Below, one piece after another: positions 7,745 to 14,187 of a stretch of DNA of 32,000 bases. Source of the stretch: Lientehia hominis (GTDB taxonomy: Bacteria; Bacillota; Clostridia; Lachnospirales; Lachnospiraceae); the NCBI RefSeq assembly GCF_021044755.1, contig NZ_JAJNOR010000011.1, forward strand, positions 43,920 to 75,919. The letters run 5' to 3'. The notes under the pieces are model-generated. The model did not search any database. It was not told the origin of the DNA and saw only the letters and a list, made by a program, of their open reading frames with translations. Made by a program: the position numbers and the translations under genes. Position 1 is the first letter of the stretch. Each line of letters opens with the position of its first letter.

Positions 7745-9625
7745 ATGAAAGCATTTATGGAGAAATTGGAGTATTTGCTTGAAATCGGAGGAACGAAGAA
7801 AGATATTACATTTCTTGTTATCTCAGGTATTGCTCTTATTTGCAGTCTGACAGGCATACTTGATTTTCTGCCTTTTGATGTCGCTTGGGTGTCAATCGTT
7901 TTATGCGGTGTGCCTATTATTTTGGAAGCGGTCATTGGTCTTATTACAGCCTTTGATATCAAAGCGGATGTGCTGGTATCCCTTGCGCTGATTGCTTCTG
8001 TCTGCATAAGCGAGGATTTTGCGGCGGGTGAGGTTGCTTTTATCATGCAGATCGGCTCTCTGCTTGAAGATTTAACCGTAGCAAAAGCAAGAGCAGGCAT
8101 TGAAAAATTGGTAAAGCTGACGCCGCAGACAGCACGCATCATGCGTGGCGGAGTAGAATCTGTTATTCCCGCAAGTGAAGTAAAAATCGGAGATATTCTC
8201 CGTGTTTTGCCGGGTGAAGGAATTGCCGTTGATGGTATTATTACTTCAGGACAAACTTCTATTGACCAAGCGGTTATGACGGGGGAGCCTATTCCTATCG
8301 ATAAAACGGTTGGAGATGAGGTATCAAGCGGAACAGTAAACCGCTTTGGAGCTTTTGAAATGAAAGCCACAAAGGTTGGCGAGGACAGTTCTATTCAGCG
8401 AATGATCAGTCTTGTTCAATCGGCAGATGCGGGAAAAGCAAAGATTGTCGGCATGGCAGACCGATGGGCAACTTGGATTGTAGTGATTGCTCTGGCCGCC
8501 GCATCACTTACTTGGGCAATAACGGGAGAAATTATCCGTGCGGTCACAATTCTTGTTGTGTTTTGCCCCTGTGCTTTGGTGCTTGCGACGCCTACTGCGA
8601 TCATGGCAGCGATTGGCAATGCCACAAAGCACAGTTTCCTTGTGCGTGAAGGAGACGCTTTGGAAAGATTATCAAAGGTTTCGAGAGTGACCTTTGACAA
8701 GACAGGAACATTGACCTACGGAAAGCCAAAGGTAATAGCTGTAAAATCCCTTTCGGAAAGCTATGCGGAACAGGATATTTATGCTCTTGCCGTCGCTGCG
8801 GAGCAGTTCTCGGAACATCCGCTTGGTAAAGCAATTGTTAGTTGCTACAAGCAGAATACGAATACATCTATCCCAAAAACGACTGATTTTGAAATGCAGC
8901 TTGGACAGGGCGTATGCGCTGTTGTAGATGGAAAGCGTATTTTTGCGGGCAAGCTGGATATGATGAATGGGGATAAAGCTGCTTGTCAGACAAATCCCGA
9001 AATTCAAGGTTTTTTGAATAATGGCAGCACAATAACCTACATATCCGCAGATGACGAGATGATTGGATATCTTGTGTTGTCTGATACTATTCGAAAAGAA
9101 AGTACTGAAATGATTGATGCTTTGCGGAACTGTGGTGTTCAGCCTGTGCTTTTGACGGGTGATAACGAAAACTCTGCAAATAGTATTGCAAAGCAGTTAG
9201 GTATTGGTGAAGTATATGCAAGCTGTTTGCCTGAAGATAAGTTGAAGCTGATTGAAGAATATCAGGAGAAAAGGCAGGCTGTTTGTATGATTGGGGACGG
9301 TATTAACGATGCACCCGCACTGAAAAAGGCAACGGTTGGTATTGCAATGGGCGGGATTGGAAGTGATATTGCAGTAGATGCAGCTGATATTGTATTGGTA
9401 AATGATGAAGTTAAAGAGCTCCCTCATTTAATATCCCTGTCTAAACGAATGATGATCACGATAAAACTTAACTTGGGTTTTTCAATGGGACTGAATTTCC
9501 TTGCCATCGTTCTTGCTATAACAGGTATTCTGAATCCTGTTGTGGGTGCACTTGTCCACAATGCAGGCTCTGTGCTTGTAATTATAAATTCAGCATTACT
9601 ATTAAAATGGAGGAAAAGAAAATGA
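7745..9625 (+). CDS. Heavy-metal-translocating P1B-type ATPase, short form without an N-terminal metal-binding domain
   Basis: 626-aa ORF with TGE (MTGEPIPIDK), a CPC transmembrane motif (VFCPCALVLATP), DKTGT (FDKTGTLT), TGDN and GDGINDAPAL. There is no N-terminal CxxC/HMA domain. The last TM carries HNAGS rather than the Cu-type MxxSS or the Zn/Cd-type ADxG. Confidence 0.92.
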   Translation: MKAFMEKLEYLLEIGGTKKDITFLVISGIALICSLTGILDFLPFDVAWVSIVLCGVPIILEAVIGLITAFDIKADVLVSLALIASVCISEDFAAGEVAFIMQIGSLLEDLTVAKARAGIEKLVKLTPQTARIMRGGVESVIPASEVKIGDILRVLPGEGIAVDGIITSGQTSIDQAVMTGEPIPIDKTVGDEVSSGTVNRFGAFEMKATKVGEDSSIQRMISLVQSADAGKAKIVGMADRWATWIVVIALAAASLTWAITGEIIRAVTILVVFCPCALVLATPTAIMAAIGNATKHSFLVREGDALERLSKVSRVTFDKTGTLTYGKPKVIAVKSLSESYAEQDIYALAVAAEQFSEHPLGKAIVSCYKQNTNTSIPKTTDFEMQLGQGVCAVVDGKRIFAGKLDMMNGDKAACQTNPEIQGFLNNGSTITYISADDEMIGYLVLSDTIRKESTEMIDALRNCGVQPVLLTGDNENSANSIAKQLGIGEVYASCLPEDKLKLIEEYQEKRQAVCMIGDGINDAPALKKATVGIAMGGIGSDIAVDAADIVLVNDEVKELPHLISLSKRMMITIKLNLGFSMGLNFLAIVLAITGILNPVVGALVHNAGSVLVIINSALLLKWRKRK

Positions 9626-9798
9626 TCATTTCGACTATCGGTATGTTGATCGGCGCTTTGGTTGCTGGAGTAGGTATTTACTATCTCGTCAAAGAAAAAC
9701 AGGATAAGGAATCCGTGAAAATTTACGGAATCATCAGTGTTGTCGGCGGCGTTATCTTTATTGGAATGCTTGTCAAGTTGATTTTAGAACTACTATAA
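9622..9798 (+). CDS. Small two-TM membrane protein, translationally coupled to the ATPase
   Basis: The ATG at 9622 overlaps the ATPase stop (ATGA), and GGAGGA (9609-9614) lies 7 nt upstream. The product is 58 aa: MIISTIGMLIGALVAGVGIYYLVKEK..IISVVGGVIFIGMLVKLILELL. The ORF track start at 9607 is less likely. Confidence 0.55.
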   Translation: MIISTIGMLIGALVAGVGIYYLVKEKQDKESVKIYGIISVVGGVIFIGMLVKLILELL

Positions 9799-9818
9799 TT
9801 GTGCAGGACTTATAAGAG

Positions 9819-9987
9819 ATGGACATATTGGCTTTGTAGTGGATTATTTGCCCTATCTGCGGCAATAAAACTCGCACAATGATACGGGACAAAATTAAGA
9901 AACTTTCCCCTATATTGTCCGAAATGCAAAAAGGAAACACTCATCAACGATCAAGATATGAAATTCATGCTTTCAGAACATAAATAG
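9819..9987 (+). pseudogene. Cysteine-rich KTR-type small mobile-element protein, disrupted
   Basis: WIICPICGNKTRTMIRDK is in one frame and continues after a 1-nt shift in an A-run as LRNFPLYCPKCKKETLINDQDMKFMLSEHK-stop. An in-frame TAG sits immediately before the Trp. The pattern CPxCGNKTR..NFPLYCPKCK matches my memory of the Cys-rich KTR family seen in Firmicute ICEs and transposons. No intact ORF is present. Confidence 0.5.
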
Positions 9988-10001
9988 GATTCTTTATGTA
10001 T

Positions 10002-10045
10002 GCCGCCGCATGGTTAAAACCATAGCGGCGGTGTTTCCTTTATCA
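10002..10045. terminator. Rho-independent terminator, probably bidirectional
   Basis: GC-rich stem CCGCCGCATGGTT / AACCAT(A)GCGGCGG (about 10002-10032) followed by TGTTTCCTTTAT. It lies between the + strand KTR remnant and the end of the minus-strand frameshifted ORF. Confidence 0.65.
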
Positions 10046-10266
10046 TCAGTTTTTGCATGGTGCGGAACACTTCCATATTTATCTCAACAATCCTATCAAA
10101 GACGGTCGGCTTAAAAGTTTCCGTTACAGCCGCTACAATTGTTCTTTCTGGGTTTACATAGATTACATTCCCTCTGTCCCGGCATAATAATCTCTTCTTT
10201 CAAATAATAGAAAGTTCGAAACATTTTCCTATCTGAATTTTTATCTATAACAGGTCTTGCAGCCAT
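10014..10266 (-). pseudogene. Frameshifted small ORF of unknown family
   Basis: The ATG at 10266 is preceded by AAGGGGAA. It reads MAARPVIDKNSDRKMFRTFYYLKEEIIMPGQRECNLCKPRKNNCSGCNGNF-stop. The +1 frame continues openly as GNVIYVNPERTIVAAVTETFKPTVFDRIVEINMEVFRTMQKLMIKETPPLWF-stop. This looks like one roughly 85-aa gene broken by a single frameshift. I recognise no family. Confidence 0.3.
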
Positions 10267-10337
10267 ATTGTTCCCCTTCTTAAATTTTGATTTTCAGCTT
10301 ACAAGCTGGAGCGTATCGTTTTCTGTTAATATAACAG

Positions 10338-10496
10338 TCAACTGTCACGCATTGTCTGTACTGCGGCAATAAATACAATCGTTCCGACGATACTTGTAAC
10401 TGCACCCATGACTCGAATAACGGTAAAGCTATGACTTTTTCCAATAAAGATACTGAAAAGTCCTGCTGCAGATACAAGAACAGCCGCGATCTTCAT
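10338..10496 (-). CDS. Unannotated 52-aa two-TM small protein
   Basis: It falls below the ORF-track size cutoff. The ATG at 10496 has GGAGG 5 nt upstream. Product: MKIAAVLVSAAGLFSIFIGKSHSFTVIRVMGAVTSIVGTIVFIAAVQTMRDS. It is co-directional with and 17 nt downstream of the 39-aa ORF. Confidence 0.4.
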   Translation of the reverse strand: MKIAAVLVSAAGLFSIFIGKSHSFTVIRVMGAVTSIVGTIVFIAAVQTMRDS

Positions 10497-10513
10497 AGTG
10501 ACCTCCACAAATT

Positions 10514-10633
10514 TCACAAAGCCAGCTTTGTCTTTTCCGATTTGGTCTGTCTGTATTCTCTGCTTTTGGATACATTTTTACAGCAAAGCAAGCTGTTTTT
10601 TCCTTCTGACATTGTTCTGATTTTGCAGTCCAT
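10514..10633 (-). CDS. Unannotated 39-aa basic Cys-containing peptide
   Basis: The ATG at 10633 has GGAGG 5 nt upstream. Product: MDCKIRTMSEGKNSLLCCKNVSKSREYRQTKSEKTKLAL. It lies just downstream of a consensus-like minus-strand promoter. The ORF is very short, so the coding status is uncertain. Confidence 0.3.
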   Translation of the reverse strand: MDCKIRTMSEGKNSLLCCKNVSKSREYRQTKSEKTKLAL

Positions 10634-10666
10634 AACCGCCTCCTACAACATTGGATTGATAAGGGT

Positions 10667-10695
10667 ATTATACCGTCATTTAATACCGCTTACAA
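10667..10695 (-). promoter_or_regulatory. Candidate sigma-A promoter for the small-ORF micro-operon
   Basis: On the minus strand: TTGTAA (10690-10695), a 17-nt spacer, then TATAAT (10667-10672), about 30 nt upstream of the first small ORF. Confidence 0.4.
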
Positions 10696-10951
10696 GTTAA
10701 ACAGTTACGCCTATTTAAGAGGGAGGTTTTGCTTGACGAGTGCGCTGTTTTATAATAAAATAATGTCGTTGAGCGTATATATATTCATAGCATGGATGAA
10801 TGTTTCTACCAACTGCCGTTTCAGTTGACTATAGGTTCTCACTAAGGAGAAGCTGTAGCATTGGGACGGTAGTTTTTGATTTTTATACCTTTGAAAATCT
10901 TTCAAACAAGTTTTCTATACCTGATTTAAATTGGCAAGAGGAAATCCGATT

Positions 10952-11365
10952 CCATCCAGGCGGCTCACCGCGGCCCGCTGCCGTAAAGCGCGCGGGCCCT
11001 GTGGATATCCAATCCTTTTTTGGAATCAGGAAAATGGCGAATATTCTTAACGGTGCGGCAGGCAGGGCACCGGCAGAACGATCCCGGGCCGGCCTAAAGG
11101 AGAGCGCCGCAGGGCAGCGGCCGGTGTTCCCCTGGCGGAGGGAGGCAGAAACGGAAATACCGATTCCGTTTCTGAGAGAACAGGAGGCAGGAAATCATAA
11201 AGATTTCCTGTCGACATGTGAGCGGTACTGCCGGAACGGGGATAAAGCGGCCCCTGCATCGCCAGCGAACCGAAATCGTGACGGTCCGGAACTTCTGCTA
11301 GTGCTTAACCGGAGATTAATCGGGATTAGCTAAAAATGATTTCTAAAGGTATACCATAGAGTATG
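10952..11365 (+). ncRNA. Candidate unclassified structured RNA, copy B (inverted partner of 1215-1632), possibly a leader of the downstream FAD-oxidoreductase gene
   Basis: GC-rich and hairpin-dense. There is a 7-bp stem at 10972-10978 / 10992-10998, a 6-bp stem at 11051-11056 / 11067-11072, and a perfect 11-bp hairpin at 11146-11156 / 11164-11174. An 11-bp hairpin at 11186-11196 / 11202-11212 is fully paired (one G.U) only on the + strand. The listed ORFs 10800..11333 (+) and 11047..11259 (-) overlap on both strands and lack RBSs. The element ends about 30 nt before the RBS of the gene at 11397, with no obvious terminator between. Boundaries are approximate. Confidence 0.5.
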
Positions 11366-11396
11366 TACAAGAGTTTTTAAGAAAGGGGTTTTAACG

Positions 11397-12791
11397 ATGA
11401 AGTATGATGCAGTGATTATTGGCGCGGGGCCGGCCGGGATTTTTACGGCCTTGGAGATGCTCAGGAAGGGCAGCAGAAAGAAGATTCTGATGGTGGAGCA
11501 GGGACGGCCGGTGGAAAAACGGAAATGTCCTAAGGGAGAGGCCGGCCGGTGTATCGGCTGTGACCCCTGCAGCATCACGACAGGGTTTTCCGGAGCCGGA
11601 GCTTTTTCTGATGGGAAGCTTTCTTTAAGCTGTGAGGTAGGCGGAGATCTGCCGGAGCTCATTGGGGAAGAATTCGCCCAGGAGATTATAGATTATGCGG
11701 ACAGCATTTATCTGGAGTTCGGAGCGGACAAAAAGGTCGAGGGAATCGGCCAGGGAGAAAAGATCAAAGGGATCCGGAAAAGGGCAATACAGGCAGGGCT
11801 TAAACTGGTCGACTGTCCGATACGGCATTTGGGCACGGAAAAAGCCCAGGCTCTTTATCGGTCCATAGAAGAATATCTGCTGGAGCACGGCGTGGAAATA
11901 TGGTTTGGTTACCGGTGTGAGGACATCCGGATAGAAGACAATGTCTGCCGCAGCGTCCTGCTTAAAAAGAACGGTGCACAGGATGAGGGAGAATATGTGG
12001 ATGCGGATAGTATCGTTCTGGCGACCGGCCGGCGGGGAGCCGACTGGCTGGAGGGAATCTGTTCCAAATATGGAATTGCCCATAAACCGGGCACCGTGGA
12101 TATCGGAGTTCGGGTGGAGGTGCGGAATGAGATCATGGAGGATGTCAACAATGTGCTGTATGAATCCAAGCTGATCGGATATCCGAAGCCTTTTAAGAAT
12201 AAGGTCCGTACCTTCTGCCAGAATCCCGGCGGTTTTGTCAGCCAGGAAAATTATGAAGGCAATTTGGCTGTGGTGAACGGACATTCCTTCAAGGAACTCA
12301 AATCGGGCAACACCAATCTGGCAATCCTGTGTTCCCATAATTTTGCGGAACCGTTCAGCCAGCCCATCGCCTATGCCAGAAAAATGGGAGAGCTCACCAA
12401 TATGCTGGGAGACGGCCATATTCTGGTACAGCGTTATGGGGATATCCTGGATGGAAAGCGGACCTGGCAGAAAGAATTGTCCCGTTCCAACGTGAAACCG
12501 ACACTTCCGGACGCGGTGGCGGGAGATATCACATCCGCTATGCCATACCGGGCCATGACGAACATCATCAACTTTATTCAGGCTGTAGACATGGTGGTGC
12601 CGGGTTTCGCCAGCACCGAGACTCTGCTCTATTCTCCGGAGATTAAATTTTACAGTAACCGGGTGAAGATGGATAAAGAACTTACCACCAGCGTACAGAA
12701 TCTGTTCTGCCTGGGTGACTCCAGCGGATGGACCAGAGGGCTTATGATGGCCTCGGCCATGGGGATCCTTTTAGGGCGCCGGCTGGCGTGA
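11397..12791 (+). CDS. FAD-dependent oxidoreductase (uncharacterised FAD-dependent dehydrogenase family)
   Basis: 464-aa ORF with an N-terminal Rossmann dinucleotide motif (KYDAVIIGAGPAGIFTALEM) and a late GD motif (FCLGDSSGWTRG). Its length and layout fit the uncharacterised COG2509-type FAD proteins. RBS AAAGGGG is upstream. Confidence 0.85.
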   Translation: MKYDAVIIGAGPAGIFTALEMLRKGSRKKILMVEQGRPVEKRKCPKGEAGRCIGCDPCSITTGFSGAGAFSDGKLSLSCEVGGDLPELIGEEFAQEIIDYADSIYLEFGADKKVEGIGQGEKIKGIRKRAIQAGLKLVDCPIRHLGTEKAQALYRSIEEYLLEHGVEIWFGYRCEDIRIEDNVCRSVLLKKNGAQDEGEYVDADSIVLATGRRGADWLEGICSKYGIAHKPGTVDIGVRVEVRNEIMEDVNNVLYESKLIGYPKPFKNKVRTFCQNPGGFVSQENYEGNLAVVNGHSFKELKSGNTNLAILCSHNFAEPFSQPIAYARKMGELTNMLGDGHILVQRYGDILDGKRTWQKELSRSNVKPTLPDAVAGDITSAMPYRAMTNIINFIQAVDMVVPGFASTETLLYSPEIKFYSNRVKMDKELTTSVQNLFCLGDSSGWTRGLMMASAMGILLGRRLA

Positions 12792-12828
12792 CCGGTGCCG
12801 TGGGCTTTAGTCGGATTGAATTATATAG

Positions 12829-12885
12829 TTGACATACAAATACAGAACCGGTATAATACAAAACAGATGTTGCAAAACAGATGTT
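12829..12885 (+). promoter_or_regulatory. Consensus sigma-A promoter plus tandem operator-like repeats of the TetR/ABC operon
   Basis: TTGACA (12829-12834), a 17-nt spacer, then TATAAT (12852-12857). Directly after it, the 13-mer CAAAACAGATGTT occurs twice (12859-12871 and 12873-12885). Each copy contains the near-palindrome AACAGATGTT. Confidence 0.6.
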
Positions 12886-12910
12886 ATGTATTGGGAGGGG
12901 AAGTGACGTT

Positions 12911-13498
12911 ATGCCGCCGAAACAGAAATACACCAAAGAAGAGATGATCGCCGCCGCAGTGGAGATCATTAGGAAAAACGGCAGAGAAGGTCTGACGGCC
13001 AGAGGCCTGGGAGAGGAACTGGGCAGTTCTTCCAGACCGGTTTTCACTGTATTTCGGAATATGGAAGAAGTATATCAGGAGACGGTGAATGCGGTAAAGG
13101 GTATTTATAATGGATACATTCAGGAAGGATTGTCGAAAGAACCGGCTTTTGAAGGAGTGGGGATACAGTACATACGCTTTGCCAGGGAGGAACCAAATCT
13201 ATTTAAACTGCTGTTCATGACAGGGGGAGAAATATCTCCGCGATTGCCGGATGTCCTTTCCGTGATCGATGAGAACAGCAGCCGGATTTTGGAAGCTGTA
13301 AGGAAAGAATACGGCATGGACGAGGAAAATTCCCGGAGACTTTATCAGTGCCTGTGGATATTCACCCATGGAATTGCCACTTTGTGCGCGAATGGAGTAT
13401 GCCGCTTCACAGAACCCGAGATAGGAGGAATGCTGACGGATGTATGCGGGGGAATGTTAATAAAGCTGGGAGGCGTCAGGAGGAGAAAAGATGATTGA
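12911..13498 (+). CDS. TetR/AcrR family transcriptional regulator
   Basis: The ORF is 12881..13498. The likely start is the ATG at 12911 (MPPKQKYTKEEM), with GGGAGGGGA upstream. The N-terminal TetR HTH is AAVEIIRKNGREGLTARGLGEELGSSSRPVFTVFRNMEEV. Confidence 0.85.
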   Translation: MPPKQKYTKEEMIAAAVEIIRKNGREGLTARGLGEELGSSSRPVFTVFRNMEEVYQETVNAVKGIYNGYIQEGLSKEPAFEGVGIQYIRFAREEPNLFKLLFMTGGEISPRLPDVLSVIDENSSRILEAVRKEYGMDEENSRRLYQCLWIFTHGIATLCANGVCRFTEPEIGGMLTDVCGGMLIKLGGVRRRKDD

Positions 13499-14183
13499 GA
13501 TCAGTGAAGTCAAAAAGTCCTATGGAAACGGTGAGAGCTCCTCTATGGCGCTTCGCGGCATATCCCTGAAGATCGAGAATGGGACTTTTACAGTCATCCT
13601 GGGTCCTTCTGGCTCCGGGAAGTCTACGCTGCTGAATGTGGCCTCCGGCCTGGAACGTCCTGACAGCGGCAGTATCCGTTATGACGAAATGGACATCAGC
13701 AATTTGGGTGATAAGCAGCTTACACAATTCCGGAAAGAAAACGTAGGTTTTATTTTCCAGCAGTATTATCTGCTGCCGAATCTGAATGTGGACCGGAATG
13801 TGAAGATGGGCGCCGATCTGGCTGGAAATAAAGAATACAGACAGATTATTGAAGCCGTTGGACTGGGAGGGAAGGAAGAAAAATATCCGGATGAACTGAG
13901 CGGAGGAGAACAGCAGCGGGTATCCGTAGCAAGGGCTCTGGCAAAAAATCCAAAAGTGCTGTATCTGGATGAACCGACGGGAGCGCTGGATGAAGAAACA
14001 GGAAGGCTTGTTCTGGATTATATTGACAGGCTTCAGCGGCAGCTGGGATTTACGGTTGTCATGGTCACACATAATGTCAATATAGCGGAAATGGCGGATA
14101 CGGTCATCCGAATGAACAGCGGAAAGATCGTGGAAAGATATGCAGGTCAGGCGCGCAAGACCGCCTATGAGATAGGATGGTGA
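13491..14183 (+). CDS. ABC transporter ATP-binding protein (MacB/FtsE-like)
   Basis: 230 aa, with Walker [10 protein letters not shown], signature LSGGEQQR and Walker [13 protein letters not shown]. Its start overlaps the TetR stop. Confidence 0.92.
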   Translation: MIEISEVKKSYGNGESSSMALRGISLKIENGTFTVILGPSGSGKSTLLNVASGLERPDSGSIRYDEMDISNLGDKQLTQFRKENVGFIFQQYYLLPNLNVDRNVKMGADLAGNKEYRQIIEAVGLGGKEEKYPDELSGGEQQRVSVARALAKNPKVLYLDEPTGALDEETGRLVLDYIDRLQRQLGFTVVMVTHNVNIAEMADTVIRMNSGKIVERYAGQARKTAYEIGW

Positions 14184-14187
14184 CCAT

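Noticed and set aside
6958-9987. In-frame TAG codons in the TnpV-like and KTR-like genes as evidence of TAG reassignment or pyrrolysine-type recoding
   Set aside because: Both genes also carry frame shifts or deletions, so they are broken regardless. The housekeeping gene hom (ends 22759-22761) uses TAG as an ordinary stop. Simple nonsense mutations in decaying genes are the parsimonious reading.
10280-10700. Listed ORFs 10280..10477 (-) and 10431..10700 (+)
   Set aside because: Neither has an RBS, and they overlap each other. The same DNA contains two shorter minus-strand ORFs with perfectly spaced GGAGG sites and an upstream consensus promoter, and those explain the region better.
10800-11333. 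ORFs 10800..11333 (+) and 11047..11259 (-) as protein-coding genes
   Set aside because: The reasoning is the same as for the copy at 1245-1705. The 177-aa frame merely runs from AT-rich spacer into the repeat, and its conserved part mirrors the non-coding repeat.
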